Shown here: piece by piece, positions 9,983-20,667 of the stretch
How the letters are laid out: the number at the start of each line of letters is the position of its first letter
How positions within the stretch are numbered: the first letter of the stretch is position 1
From: Oceanispirochaeta sp.
Lineage (GTDB): Bacteria > Spirochaetota > Spirochaetia > DSM-2461
Reading direction: 5' to 3'
NCBI GenBank assembly: GCA_963663385.2
Contig: CAXXXD010000001.1
Location: 256,001 to 320,000 of the forward strand
DNA length: 64,000 bases
Position numbers and translations under genes: made by a program
The notes under the pieces: generated by a model
The model's input: the letters and a program-made list of their open reading frames with translations, nothing else
Told to the model about the DNA's origin: nothing
Database searches by the model: none

Positions 9983-10856
9983 GCTTTTTCCTCCAGTTCT
10001 CCAGCTCAACAGAGATCTGCTCCGCTTCGCTCAGCATACCGTCCCTTTCGGGGCGAGTCATTTCCTCTCCGGCAAATTTTACCCGGTCCACCCTGTGAAA
10101 TAGATTTAACAGAGTCAGATACAGGGGTTCGTAAACAGTAGACCCCCGGAAGACCCTCTCCATCTCAGTTGTTGTGAGAGTTGTGAAATCCTGATGGAAC
10201 CGTGTAGACAGGTAGCTCTTAAGACCGTCTGTATACAGGGTAAAAAACTCTTTATCGGACATATCGTTCAGGGTCAGGCGGATTTTTTTCAGGAGCCGGA
10301 GAAACTTTCTGTATGGCAGATTCAATCTGTAGGAGTATACAAGAGCTCCGGTTCTTTTCTTCAGGAATTTAAAGAAAAGAATAATGAGCAGGGGCAGACA
10401 CAGAAGAGCGGAAAAAATCACTGCTCCTGTAACCCTTGTTCCAGGAATGATAAGATTATTACGGATACCGGAAAGTTCCCGTTCCGCATCTCCTCCCAGA
10501 ACAGAAGAGGTATAAATCTTGATGTCCTTCAGAGTCAAGTCACCTAACTCAAGAGCGGGAAGGGTTCTGGTCCCCGGATAGTAGGGGATAAAACGAATGG
10601 TGATCTCATGATCCCCGCCCTGCTTCGCTATACGGAGAGAGAGAAGCTTTACCCAACCCGGATCCGGAAGATTTTCGGGAACAGTCAAATCACGATTCCC
10701 GGTCGTGCGGAGTGTAAACTTCAATTCGACCGTATCTCCTACATAATAATCGGGAGGAAGAAAGTGGGCATTCAGCTGCTGGTACTCCTGAGCAGGTAAG
10801 GCCGTAAAGCAAAAAAAGAAAAGAAAAATAATAAAAAAGATCTGTTTCCCCGTCAA
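9969..10856 (-). CDS. Bat operon-associated membrane protein
   Basis: Signal peptide, one TM and a DRVKFA motif typical of the gene between DUF58 and batA. Confidence 0.75.
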   Translation of the reverse strand: MTGKQIFFIIFLFFFCFTALPAQEYQQLNAHFLPPDYYVGDTVELKFTLRTTGNRDLTVPENLPDPGWVKLLSLRIAKQGGDHEITIRFIPYYPGTRTLPALELGDLTLKDIKIYTSSVLGGDAERELSGIRNNLIIPGTRVTGAVIFSALLCLPLLIILFFKFLKKRTGALVYSYRLNLPYRKFLRLLKKIRLTLNDMSDKEFFTLYTDGLKSYLSTRFHQDFTTLTTTEMERVFRGSTVYEPLYLTLLNLFHRVDRVKFAGEEMTRPERDGMLSEAEQISVELENWRKKHADL

Positions 10857-11722
10857 TGGCTTTTCCTTTTTTCAAAAAAGTGCAGAAGCCGTGCGGCCGG
10901 ATCATCTTCTGTGGAAATCTCCAGAGTATCGACTCCGGCGGATTGACAGTTTTTCCGCCAGAGATACCGTTCATGTTCCCAGAACTTCCTGTAAGAAGCC
11001 CTCATCCCCCTGGTCCCGACACCCTGCCAGCGCATACCGGATTCCGGGTCCTCAAGGGAGATCAGTCCGGTGGAAGGAAATTCATGATCCAGAGGATCTG
11101 TCAGACGAATGGCTATTACATCATGTTTCCGGGCCAGATGGGCCAGTTCTTTTCTATAGGACGAAGTCCTGAAATCGGACAGGATTATACAGATCCCCCG
11201 TCTTTTCATAGTCTGAGCTGCCGTAGTAAGAGCAAGAGCAAGATTGGATCCGTTTCCGCCCTCTTCTACAGAGAGGATCTGGGTTATCTGCTTTAAAACA
11301 TGTTTCTTCCCTTTACGGGGTGGAATCTGTTCCTCCACCTTATCCGAAAATAAAAGGCAGCCTACTTTATCATTATTCGCAACCGCGGCCAGAGCAACCA
11401 GAGTGAAGACATGCCCGGCCAGCTCCCTTTTGTTAATGCTGCCGCCGCTGTAATAGAGAGAACATGAAGTATCTATCAGAACCTGCAGAACGACCTCTCT
11501 TTCCTCCCGGAAAGTTTTCGTAAAGGGAGTACTCATCCGGGATGTTACATTCCAGTCTATAAAACGGGGGTCATCCCCCCAGGAATATTCACGTACATCG
11601 TCGAATTCCAGCCCGGGCCCCTTAAAAACCGAGTGGTAGTTACCGGCAAAAATGGTATCCACCAGCTTACGGGATATAAAATGGAGGTGTTTTACCTTAT
11701 TGGCAATATTCTGATTATCCAT
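10853..11722 (-). CDS. DUF58 family protein
   Basis: GLEFDDVREYSWGDDPRFIDWNVTSR signature. Confidence 0.93.
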   Translation of the reverse strand: MDNQNIANKVKHLHFISRKLVDTIFAGNYHSVFKGPGLEFDDVREYSWGDDPRFIDWNVTSRMSTPFTKTFREEREVVLQVLIDTSCSLYYSGGSINKRELAGHVFTLVALAAVANNDKVGCLLFSDKVEEQIPPRKGKKHVLKQITQILSVEEGGNGSNLALALTTAAQTMKRRGICIILSDFRTSSYRKELAHLARKHDVIAIRLTDPLDHEFPSTGLISLEDPESGMRWQGVGTRGMRASYRKFWEHERYLWRKNCQSAGVDTLEISTEDDPAARLLHFFEKRKSH

Positions 11723-11724
11723 TA

Positions 11725-12708
11725 TCAGGGAACCGTTACGGCCGCCAGTATATCGCGGATCACATCGTCGCTGCTCATTTCTTCAGCTTCCGCTTCGTAG
11801 GAGAGAACGATTCTGTGCCTGAGGACATTGAAGGCCACGGCTTTAACATCTTCGGGCATGACAAATTCCCGCCCTTCGAACAGAGCCTGCACACGGGAAC
11901 AGTTGTAAAGGGCTATTGAAGCCCTGGGAGAAGCCCCGAATTCAATATACCGGGAGAATGGCAGCTGATGACGTCCTTTGACACGGGAGGCATTTACAAT
12001 GGAAACAATGTATTTTCTGATACTTTCCTCCACACGGACAGATTCGGCGGTCTCCTTGATATCCTGAATGGCAAAGCGGTTGAAGACTTTCCGGATAACA
12101 AGCTCTTCCGGGTTTTCCAGCTGATCCAGGATGGCCAGCTCTTCCTGGGGAGAGGGATAATCCACCTTCAGTTTCATGATAAACCGGTCCAGCTGCGCTT
12201 CAGGTAGCTGGTAGGTTCCCTCCTGCTCAATCGGGTTCTGTGTGGCAAGAACAAAGAACGGATCGGCCAGGCGATAGGTGTTGTCACCTATGGTAACCTG
12301 ATTTTCCGCCATTGCTTCCAGAAGGGCGGACTGAACTTTCGCCGGAGCCCTGTTAATTTCATCAGCCAGGATGATATTTGTAAAAACCGGCCCTTTACGG
12401 GGGACAAACTCTCCTGTTTGAGGACGGTAGATCATGGTACCGGTCAAATCCGCCGGCAGTAGATCGGGAGTAAATTGTATCCGTTTGAAATCCGCATTCA
12501 AAACATCCGCAACGGTCCGGACCATCAGAGTTTTCGCCAGACCGGGGACGCCCTCTACAAGAACATGTCCTCCTGTGATAATCCCCATCAGAAGACCGTT
12601 AACCATCTCCTGCTGACCGATTATACGCTTACCGATTTCATCCCGGGCAGATTGAAGCAGTCTGGAGGCATCGGCTATTTTATCTTTCAGTACTTTTTCT
12701 TCGCTCAT
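11725..12708 (-). CDS. moxR: MoxR family AAA+ ATPase
   Basis: GVPGLAKT, RIQFTPDLLPAD, DEINRAPAKVQSALLEAM and ATQNPIEQEGTY. Confidence 0.95.
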   Translation of the reverse strand: MSEEKVLKDKIADASRLLQSARDEIGKRIIGQQEMVNGLLMGIITGGHVLVEGVPGLAKTLMVRTVADVLNADFKRIQFTPDLLPADLTGTMIYRPQTGEFVPRKGPVFTNIILADEINRAPAKVQSALLEAMAENQVTIGDNTYRLADPFFVLATQNPIEQEGTYQLPEAQLDRFIMKLKVDYPSPQEELAILDQLENPEELVIRKVFNRFAIQDIKETAESVRVEESIRKYIVSIVNASRVKGRHQLPFSRYIEFGASPRASIALYNCSRVQALFEGREFVMPEDVKAVAFNVLRHRIVLSYEAEAEEMSSDDVIRDILAAVTVP

Positions 12709-12730
12709 GAACTATCCTTTACTTTTTATC

Positions 12731-14014
12731 TTATGTTCTGTAGTCGGCGTTTTCCCTGACATACTCATAACTCAAATCCGAACCGGTAACAGAGGCGCTG
12801 GCAGTTCCCAGGCCGAGGGCGACATCTATTTCCACCACACCGTCATGCTCCGGATAGCCGGGACAGGGCGACGGGAGGCTGAGGGATTTCAGATATTCAC
12901 TCAATCGGATTTCTTTTTCCGAATCCAGATGAAATTCCCCTTCCGAAAAAACGATCTCGCTTCCGAGACGGATCCTGACAGCCCTCTCATCCAGGAGGAT
13001 TCCCGCATTGCCGGCATAGTCTCCGACAGCCTGAACAAAACGGCCCACATTCGGGTCATTACCATAGATCGCTGTTTTCGTTAGAGGTGAGTTTATCAGA
13101 GCCTTGCCGAAAGCAACGGCCTGTTTTTCCGATTCTGCGGCATTGACTGTTACCCTTATAACATGCGCCGTACCCTCTCCGTTACGGACAACATCCTCTG
13201 CCAGGGCGCTGCACAGGGAAAAAAGAGACTGTTCAAACTGCTCTTCCGTTACAGAAGGTTTTCGTCCGGAAGAGAAGAGAAAGACTGAGTCGCTTGTGCT
13301 CTGATCGCTGTCGACGGAGATTCTGTTAAAAGTCCGGTCTGCCACACGATTCAGAATCTCTCTTAAAGCCTGCCTCTCAATCTGTATATCCGTCATCAGG
13401 AAGACCAGCATAGTGGCCATATTGGGCTCTATCATACCGGCCCCTTTGGCCATCCCGCAAATAGTACCGCTTCCAAGCTTAAGCGAACGAAGCTTGGGAA
13501 AGGTGTCGGTTGTCATAATCCCCTGTGCCGCAGGCAGGGCGGAACGTGCCTGGAGAGATTCGGCCAGAGCCGGAAGGCTTCCTATCATTGCATTCACAGG
13601 CAAAGACCAGCCGATGACGCCAGTAGAAGAGGGGAACAGAGGAGCCTTAATACGTTCCGGCATCTGCCCGCCCAGGGCATCTGTTACACTTAGAGCGGCT
13701 TCATACCCCCCCGGCGCACAGACATTGGCAATTTTATTATTGACCAGAACGCCCTGAACCTTCTTTTCATTCAGCAGTTCGCGGCCGATCCTGACAGGAT
13801 ACCCGGGAAAGGCATTCCTTGTAAAAACAGCCGCAAAAGACTCGGTAGGTTCATCCAGAATAAGGGCTGTCATATTCATGGCAGCACCGGGACCGTTCCG
13901 GCGTTCAACCGGAGTGAATATCAGAGATGTAACACCGATCTGAAACCCTTCGGGCAGATTATTATGGCTTTCCAGATAGGAAAGATAAGACTCGGGGGAA
14001 CTGAACTTTTTCAT
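12731..14014 (-). CDS. argJ: Bifunctional ornithine acetyltransferase/N-acetylglutamate synthase
   Basis: KGAGMIEPNMATML, DQSTSDS and YVRENADYRT. Confidence 0.95.
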   Translation of the reverse strand: MKKFSSPESYLSYLESHNNLPEGFQIGVTSLIFTPVERRNGPGAAMNMTALILDEPTESFAAVFTRNAFPGYPVRIGRELLNEKKVQGVLVNNKIANVCAPGGYEAALSVTDALGGQMPERIKAPLFPSSTGVIGWSLPVNAMIGSLPALAESLQARSALPAAQGIMTTDTFPKLRSLKLGSGTICGMAKGAGMIEPNMATMLVFLMTDIQIERQALREILNRVADRTFNRISVDSDQSTSDSVFLFSSGRKPSVTEEQFEQSLFSLCSALAEDVVRNGEGTAHVIRVTVNAAESEKQAVAFGKALINSPLTKTAIYGNDPNVGRFVQAVGDYAGNAGILLDERAVRIRLGSEIVFSEGEFHLDSEKEIRLSEYLKSLSLPSPCPGYPEHDGVVEIDVALGLGTASASVTGSDLSYEYVRENADYRT

Positions 14015-14188
14015 AACACCCTATCATAACGGTTTGAGCCATAAAGGTCTATTATTCCCATAAAGAACAACCCGGGCCGCATACCCGGACAGTGATTCGC
14101 AGGATTATGCCCCGTACCGGGTCCGGCCGGGGAATTCCTGTTTGACAATAGACGGCTATTCAGTGTTCAATTGACTCCGGAGGCCCCC

Positions 14189-15685
14189 ATGGCACATACA
14201 TTAATGATTCAGGGAACCTGCTCTGATGCAGGGAAAAGCATACTGGTAGCGGCCCTTTGCCGCATCTACACCCGCAGAGGATACAAGGTATCTCCCTTTA
14301 AATCCCAGAACATGGCATTGAATTCCTTTGTTACCCCGGAAGGAGAGGAAATAGGACGGGCCCAGGCCGTGCAGGCACAGGCGGCCTGCCGGGAACCTCA
14401 TATCGATATGAACCCTGTTCTATTGAAGCCGGAAGGGAATTCCCGGTCCCAGGTTATTCTCATGGGCAAACCATGGAAAACCCTGGCCGCCGCCGATTAC
14501 TATAAGGCCAAGCCGGAGTTGTGGAGTGAAGTTACCGGGGCGATGGACCGGCTCTGCGCCGAGAATGATATTGTGATTGCGGAGGGAGCCGGAAGCCCGG
14601 CGGAAATTAACCTTAAAGCTCATGAAATTGTCAATATGGCGGTGGCCCGCTACCTGAAAGCTCCCGTTCTCCTGGCGGGGGATATTGACAGGGGCGGTGT
14701 TTTTGCCTCCCTGTATGGAACGCTGGAACTGATGGACGAGGACCGGGAGATGATCCGGGGCTTCCTGATCAATAAATTCCGGGGAGATCCCGCCCTGCTA
14801 ATGCCCGGAATCGACATGCTGACCGAAAGATGCAAGGGGGTTCCGACCCTGGGGATTATCCCCTATATTCCGGACATCTATCTGGCCCAGGAAGACTCCG
14901 TATTTATTGAGAAGAACCGGCGGTGGGGCGACGAAGATGGAATAGACATCGCCGTAATCAGATTTCCCCGGCTTTCCAACTACGACGACCTCGACCCCTT
15001 CCTCAGAGAAAAGGGTATCCGTATTCGGTTTGTAAGCAGTACAGCAGAGCTGGGAAGACCCGCTGCGGTTATCCTGCCGGGTTCCAAAACAACAATTGGG
15101 GACCTGCAGTGGCTCAGGGAAACCGGGTTGTTTTCCGCCATACAGAGCCTGGGGCGGAAAGGGACCGCCGTGGTCGGTATCTGCGGCGGATATCAGATAA
15201 TGGGAACCCGGATAGGCGACCGGGAGGGAATAGAAGGAGTGGGCGGCAGCGAAGAGGGGTTGGGGCTGCTGCCTGTAGAAACTGATTTTTCCAGAGAGAA
15301 GACAACGGTCCGCACCAGAGGACAACTGGGAAGGGGTGACGGCTTTCTCAGAAACCTGAAGGGAGAATCCCTGCAGGGCTATGAGATCCATATGGGAGAA
15401 AGCCGGATATGCGGCAAGGCAGTTCCTCTCTATACAAGGGAAGACGGAACTGCGGACGGCGCCGTTTCCGCGGGCGGGAAATACTGGGGCAGCTATATGC
15501 ATGGGATATTTGACAACCTGCCCCTTAGAAGGGCTTTTCTCATGTCCCTGGGATGGGAGCCGGCAGAAGCCGGAGAAACAGAAGAAGTACTCAGGGAACG
15601 GGAGTTCGAACGGATAGCCGATGCGGTTGAAGAAGCTCTGGATATGGATACCCTTGACCGCATGATCGGGTTGAAACAGGATTAG
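14189..15685 (+). CDS. cobQ: Cobyric acid synthase
   Basis: QGTCSDAGKS, PFKSQNMALNS, EGAGSPAEINL, GICGGYQ and GYEIH; GGAGG SD before ATG 14189; TTGACA at 14142. Confidence 0.95.
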   Translation: MAHTLMIQGTCSDAGKSILVAALCRIYTRRGYKVSPFKSQNMALNSFVTPEGEEIGRAQAVQAQAACREPHIDMNPVLLKPEGNSRSQVILMGKPWKTLAAADYYKAKPELWSEVTGAMDRLCAENDIVIAEGAGSPAEINLKAHEIVNMAVARYLKAPVLLAGDIDRGGVFASLYGTLELMDEDREMIRGFLINKFRGDPALLMPGIDMLTERCKGVPTLGIIPYIPDIYLAQEDSVFIEKNRRWGDEDGIDIAVIRFPRLSNYDDLDPFLREKGIRIRFVSSTAELGRPAAVILPGSKTTIGDLQWLRETGLFSAIQSLGRKGTAVVGICGGYQIMGTRIGDREGIEGVGGSEEGLGLLPVETDFSREKTTVRTRGQLGRGDGFLRNLKGESLQGYEIHMGESRICGKAVPLYTREDGTADGAVSAGGKYWGSYMHGIFDNLPLRRAFLMSLGWEPAEAGETEEVLREREFERIADAVEEALDMDTLDRMIGLKQD

Positions 15686-15688
15686 TTC

Positions 15689-16522
15689 ATGAGAATGGAG
15701 TTTTTCCTGATTGCCGTCCTGGGCTTTATCGTTTTTATCCTGCTTGTACTGCTGTTATTCAGGAGACAGCAGAAACAGCCGGAAGTATCTTCAGACCTCC
15801 TGCACAGTATGAACAGCCGTCTGGAACAGCTGGACCGCATGGCCGTTCAAATGGAAGAGATTGACAGGATATTCAGGAATCCCCGGATGAGAGGCGGCCT
15901 GGGGGAGACCATGATGGAAGAACTCATAAAAAACTGGCTTCCCCCGGAGAGTTACCAGTTCCAGTACTGCTTCTCCAACGGACAGAGAGCGGATGCCATT
16001 ATCCAGATGGGGAGCTATAAGGTTGCTGTAGATGCAAAGTTTTCACTGGAACAGCTGAAGGACGTCCTGGATCCCGCCGCAGAGGGCCTGTCCGCTTCGG
16101 TAAAAAAAGTATTCCGGCAGCATGGGAAATCCATTGCAGAAAAATATATCCTGCCACGGGAAGGCACCCTGCCTTTTGCCCTCATGTACATCCCTTCCGA
16201 AGGAATCTACTACCGGGCGTTTATTCAGGAAGGGGGGAGTCTGATGAACGACCTTTTAAAAATAGGGATTCTTCCGGTCAGCCCCTCCAATCTTTTCGTC
16301 TACCTTCAGACCGTTGTGTACGGATTCAGGGGGTACTCATTTTCCAACCGCAGCAGGGAACTTATGACCCTGGTTTCACAGATAAAGCAGGACTATGAAA
16401 CACTGACCCGGCAGTTCAGCCTGACAGGAACCCATCTGAAAAATCTTCAGAAGTCCTGGGACGATGCGGCATCCAGGCTGAATCATATGGATAAAACCAT
16501 CCGGGATATGGACATCCGGTAG
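15689..16522 (+). CDS. rmuC: DNA recombination protein RmuC family
   Basis: N-terminal TM; RGGLGE, VDAKF, FALMYIPSEGIY and VSPS motifs. Confidence 0.88.
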   Translation: MRMEFFLIAVLGFIVFILLVLLLFRRQQKQPEVSSDLLHSMNSRLEQLDRMAVQMEEIDRIFRNPRMRGGLGETMMEELIKNWLPPESYQFQYCFSNGQRADAIIQMGSYKVAVDAKFSLEQLKDVLDPAAEGLSASVKKVFRQHGKSIAEKYILPREGTLPFALMYIPSEGIYYRAFIQEGGSLMNDLLKIGILPVSPSNLFVYLQTVVYGFRGYSFSNRSRELMTLVSQIKQDYETLTRQFSLTGTHLKNLQKSWDDAASRLNHMDKTIRDMDIR

Positions 16523-16563
16523 TCTCTGCCGGATGTCACCCCTTCAGGAATCCGGGATCATTC

Positions 16564-17793
16564 CTATATTACAAAAGAACCTTTACGGATAATGGGATAC
16601 TCTTTCCCGTTACCATCATATCCGGTCACATTGCTGTCGGAAGATCCGATCATGAAGTCCGTATGAACCAGTGAGATATTGCATCCATTCTCTTTCAGAT
16701 CCTCATCCGATTCAACTCCGGCCGGTAAATCCAGACAGGTGGGATACCCGCCGCCAAGGGCAATATGACAGGAAGCGTTTTCATCGTAGAGGATGGAACC
16801 GAATAGAAGACCGCTGGCTGCAATGGGAGAATTCTCATCCACCAGGGCAACTTCTCCCAGGTAGGCGGCCCCCTCATCCATGTTCAGGAATTTCTCAAGG
16901 ACCTCACAGCCTTTATCCGCACCGAATTCAACGGCTTTACCCTTTTCAAAACGGAACCAGGCCCCCTCTACCATGGTTTCCAGAACTTTAAGAGGCTTGG
17001 TGACACGAACGGTTCCCTCTGTCCGGCTGAAATCGGGAGTGGTGAAAACTTCCTCTGTGGGAAGATTGGGAAAGAAGAGTCGTCCATCGGGAAGAGGAGC
17101 CGGCCCCCCCTCCCATCGGGAGGCGGAGTTGAGACCGATTGTCAGATCCGTACCCTCCGATTCAAATCGGACATGATCCAGGTTCATGGCATTCAGTTTT
17201 CTACCCCGCTCTTTCAGTATCTGTGCATGCTCTTCCCACGCGGCAACGGGATCAGCCTTGTCCAGACGGAGAATCGGTTTAAGAACCTCCCACAGATCCT
17301 CGGTTGAAGCGGAATCCCCCAGTACTTTTCTGGCCCATTCGGGACCGGGTGCTGTTATAACACACCAGCTGTGCTCGTCATTCATCAGGGATTTTGAAAC
17401 GAATTTCAGCGCCTTTCTACCGGATTTTGAAAGAATCCCCAATCTTTCCGGATCTGACTCTCCCAGCACATCCAGCTCCTCGGTACTGTCGATTCTTATA
17501 CGGGCCCAATCTTCCGAAAGCATCTGATGCCCCTGGCCAATCAGGTAGTTGGGAACATACTCAAGCTGTTCTCCTTTCTGAGCAGCCAGACGGGCCCTGG
17601 TGAGATAGTTATCAGATACGGAGATTTCCACATAACCGGCTCCCAGTTCATAGGCTTTTTCTCCCAGGATCCTCGCCAGATCGTAATTCCCGGCATTACA
17701 GATTATCAGAATATTCTGTCCTCTTTTCAGGTTGATCCCCGTTTGCAGTACAACTTCCGAATAGACTTTATAATCAATCAATGTTTTCTCCAT
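16564..17793 (-). CDS. Aminopeptidase, M29 family (AmpS/PepS/AmpT)
   Basis: PNLPTEEVFTTP, LGEVALV, LYDENASCHIALG and SLVHTDFMIG. Confidence 0.93.
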   Translation of the reverse strand: MEKTLIDYKVYSEVVLQTGINLKRGQNILIICNAGNYDLARILGEKAYELGAGYVEISVSDNYLTRARLAAQKGEQLEYVPNYLIGQGHQMLSEDWARIRIDSTEELDVLGESDPERLGILSKSGRKALKFVSKSLMNDEHSWCVITAPGPEWARKVLGDSASTEDLWEVLKPILRLDKADPVAAWEEHAQILKERGRKLNAMNLDHVRFESEGTDLTIGLNSASRWEGGPAPLPDGRLFFPNLPTEEVFTTPDFSRTEGTVRVTKPLKVLETMVEGAWFRFEKGKAVEFGADKGCEVLEKFLNMDEGAAYLGEVALVDENSPIAASGLLFGSILYDENASCHIALGGGYPTCLDLPAGVESDEDLKENGCNISLVHTDFMIGSSDSNVTGYDGNGKEYPIIRKGSFVI

Positions 17794-17859
17794 TCCATAA
17801 ATATCCCATCATTATCGAACCAAAGCATAGGAAAGCCAATAGAATATTGCAGTAATTTC

Positions 17860-18939
17860 TTAAAATTCTACGTTATCGGAATCCGTATCTGCTATTTTTG
17901 TCAATTTAAGGATTAAAGGGAAATGGTCCGAATAACCACTGCCCGTCCAGCTCTTCCAGGCCAGGGGCAAACCATCGGCATCGCTGAGCCAGGCTTCATT
18001 CAGACAATCCGCCGATTCCAGTTCCCAGCCTTCTCCATCCAGAAAAGCGGAGGTAAGGAGAAAATGGTCCAGTTTCATCCAGCGGTTCTGAAAAAAGTAG
18101 CTTCCCTCATCCCCTGTTCTCTCCCAGGGAGAGTAGAGAACAGGGCGTCCCTCCAGCACAGCCAGATCCTCTGGGGATTCAGCCACGAAAAGGCTGTCCA
18201 TCCACTCTGTATCCAGGGCCTGTTCTATGGGAATCTGGGCGGTTTGGCGTCCCCCTTCCCTGTAATCATCACAGCTTCCGTTCAGATCGCCGGCCACAAT
18301 AATATGGGACACCCCCTGTGCCTTCAGCTCTTTTAATCGTTCCGCTACTGCCCGGGCAGACTGCAGCCGCCCCTTTTCCGTTGCCATTGTACCGCCTGAA
18401 CGGGATTTCCAGTGATTATTGAAAATAACAATATCCTCCCCTTCCAGCTGAAAACGGAGTTCCACTATTGCCCGGAGAGGAAAGGATCCGAAATCCCCCG
18501 GAAAATGAAGGTGTACATTTACGGGAGTAATCCGTGACAGATAACCGCAATGTATGGAATTCTCCGTATATTCCCACACCCCCCTGTAGGGATACAATTC
18601 TTCCAGGTATTCGCTGTTCAGCTGATCAAGGAGTGACAGATTTTCCACTTCCTGAAGCAGAATGATATCCGGCCCGTTCTCTCCCACGGATTGTATGACT
18701 TCCTTCAGATTCTCCAGACGTATCCGCAGTTTCGCTTCATCCCAGTCGGACTGCTCAGGATCATACTCACGGTACTCGTTTCCGCCGGATTCCGCATCAA
18801 AGAGATTCTGGACATTCCATGTCATAAGAGAGATTCGCGGCTCATCTTCCGACAGGGCCGGTTCCGCAGTGGGGATCTGACAGGAACAGGCTGCCAGATA
18901 AAAAAGAATGGACAACAGGAAACTACCAAAAAAACTCAT
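17860..18939 (-). CDS. Endonuclease/exonuclease/phosphatase family lipoprotein
   Basis: TWNVQNLFD, LQEVEN, NHWKSR, GDLN, LDHF and SDHFP; lipobox-like Cys. Confidence 0.9.
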   Translation of the reverse strand: MSFFGSFLLSILFYLAACSCQIPTAEPALSEDEPRISLMTWNVQNLFDAESGGNEYREYDPEQSDWDEAKLRIRLENLKEVIQSVGENGPDIILLQEVENLSLLDQLNSEYLEELYPYRGVWEYTENSIHCGYLSRITPVNVHLHFPGDFGSFPLRAIVELRFQLEGEDIVIFNNHWKSRSGGTMATEKGRLQSARAVAERLKELKAQGVSHIIVAGDLNGSCDDYREGGRQTAQIPIEQALDTEWMDSLFVAESPEDLAVLEGRPVLYSPWERTGDEGSYFFQNRWMKLDHFLLTSAFLDGEGWELESADCLNEAWLSDADGLPLAWKSWTGSGYSDHFPLILKLTKIADTDSDNVEF

Positions 18940-18991
18940 ATTTTCTCCTGCATCCTTTACAGACAGAAAGAGCAGCTGAATTCAAATGAGC

Positions 18992-19030
18992 AAAAAAAAC
19001 TGCCGCCCCTATTTATCAGGGCGGCAGTTT
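18992..19030 (-). terminator. Rho-independent terminator of clpP
   Basis: Stem AAACTGCCGCCC/GGGCGGCAGTTT with a U-tract on the minus strand. Confidence 0.85.
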
Positions 19031-19055
19031 CCTGTTGTAATTTTATCTGAAAAAA

Positions 19056-19667
19056 TCAGGATTTATTTGTTGTCATTTCCAGTTCGGCTCGAGTGGTAAC
19101 AATGGTGCTGACCAGTTTATACTCCATGGCTTCTTCGGCGTTCATCCAGTAATCCCGGTCTGTATCCTGACTGACCTTCTTCTCATCCATACCGGTTTCT
19201 TCAGAAATCATTTTGTTGATCTTAACCCGGAGTTTCTCAAGCTCATTCGCATGGATTTCGATTTCAGTAGCCACTCCCCGCATCCCGCTCAGGGGCTGGT
19301 GAATCAGATAATGGGAGTTGGGAAGGGCAATCCGCCTATCCTGAGGAGCCGCCAGAAGAATAATGGCTCCCGCACTGGCAACCAGACCCATACCAATGGT
19401 ATAAACATCGGGTTTAACAAAACGAATCATATCGTAAATAGCGTATCCGGCATCCGCATCTCCCCCGGGGGAATCTATAAAAACCTTGATAGGATCATTA
19501 CCGTCGGCTTCCAGCAGAAGCAGCTGGCGAACAACTCTTTCGGCCAACTCTTTATTGATCTCTCCCGAGAGGATAATGGTTCTGGTTTTGAGGAGTTTCT
19601 GAGAGAGGGCATCCTGTTCAGGATTGCTTTTTGCCTCTTTTCCCTCTTCCTCCAGGCGTCTGATCAT
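19056..19667 (-). CDS. clpP: ATP-dependent Clp protease proteolytic subunit
   Basis: IDSPGG, VASAGA (Ser), IHQP (His) and DRDYW (Asp). Confidence 0.95.
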   Translation of the reverse strand: MIRRLEEEGKEAKSNPEQDALSQKLLKTRTIILSGEINKELAERVVRQLLLLEADGNDPIKVFIDSPGGDADAGYAIYDMIRFVKPDVYTIGMGLVASAGAIILLAAPQDRRIALPNSHYLIHQPLSGMRGVATEIEIHANELEKLRVKINKMISEETGMDEKKVSQDTDRDYWMNAEEAMEYKLVSTIVTTRAELEMTTNKS

Positions 19668-19788
19668 AGTATAGTCTCCTTACTGATTACGGTAATTTAT
19701 CATCTTTGTTCTAAATATATTGAATTCTGCCAAGAAAGGCAATTTAATATAAAATGGAAAAAGAGCAAAAACCAAGAGGAAATAAAAA

Positions 19789-20667
19789 ATGAAATCGGCT
19801 TTCGTTGCCATTATCGGTCGCCCGTCGGCTGGAAAATCCACTCTGCTGAATGCTTTATGCGGAGAAAAAGTCTCGATCACGGCGGATGTCCCCCAGACGA
19901 CCCGGAATAAGATCCGGGGGATTCTGACAAAGGAAGAGGGACAGCTTGTCTTTATCGATACCCCGGGATTCCATCATTCGGAAAAGAAGTTCAACCAATA
20001 CCTCAAAGAGGTAGTTTATTCCTCCCTGGAGGAAGCGGATATGGTTCTGTACGTTGTGGACGCCACCCGTCCTCCCGGCAAGGAAGAGAAAGAGATTATC
20101 GAACTACTGAACAGGCAAAAGGAGAAACCTGTTCTCCTCGCCGTAAATAAAACGGATTTGAAAGGGGCCTATCTGGAAGAAATCAAGGGCCTTTTGTCCG
20201 TCAATGTTCACCCGGACGCCCTGATGGAAACTTCCGCTCTGAAGGGGATCGGAGTCAGCGAGCTGCAGACCAGGCTGTATGAACTGGCTCCCGAGGGGGA
20301 GTTGATGTACCCCGAAGACTACTATACGGACCAGGAACCGGAATTCCGGATTGCAGAGATTATCAGGGAGAAGGCCATCTCCCAGGTAACCGAAGAACTG
20401 CCCCATGCCCTTTATGTTGAAATTGCGGATATGGAAATGAAGAACGAAGGCCGGGAACTCTGGGTTCGGGCCTTTCTGACGGTAGAATCAGAATCCCAGG
20501 TTGGCATCGTGGTTGGAAAAGATGCCAAACGGATTAAATGGATCCGGATTGCTTCTCTAAAAGAGTTCAAAAAGATATTCCCCTACAAAGTCCGTCTGGA
20601 TCTGAGGGTAAAAGTTAACCCGAAATGGCGTCGTAAGGATTACCTGTTAAAGGGAATGTTCCGCTAG
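19789..20667 (+). CDS. era: GTPase Era
   Basis: GRPSAGKS, QTTR, DTPG and NKTD motifs; C-terminal KH domain. Confidence 0.96.
   Translation: MKSAFVAIIGRPSAGKSTLLNALCGEKVSITADVPQTTRNKIRGILTKEEGQLVFIDTPGFHHSEKKFNQYLKEVVYSSLEEADMVLYVVDATRPPGKEEKEIIELLNRQKEKPVLLAVNKTDLKGAYLEEIKGLLSVNVHPDALMETSALKGIGVSELQTRLYELAPEGELMYPEDYYTDQEPEFRIAEIIREKAISQVTEELPHALYVEIADMEMKNEGRELWVRAFLTVESESQVGIVVGKDAKRIKWIRIASLKEFKKIFPYKVRLDLRVKVNPKWRRKDYLLKGMFR

Noticed and set aside
14068..14132. GC-rich inverted segments upstream of cobQ as a cobalamin riboswitch
   Set aside because: No B12-box is recognisable, the region is too short, and it lies upstream of the TTGACA promoter element.
14798..15502. 234-aa minus-strand ORF
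   Set aside because: Antisense shadow of cobQ with no motifs.
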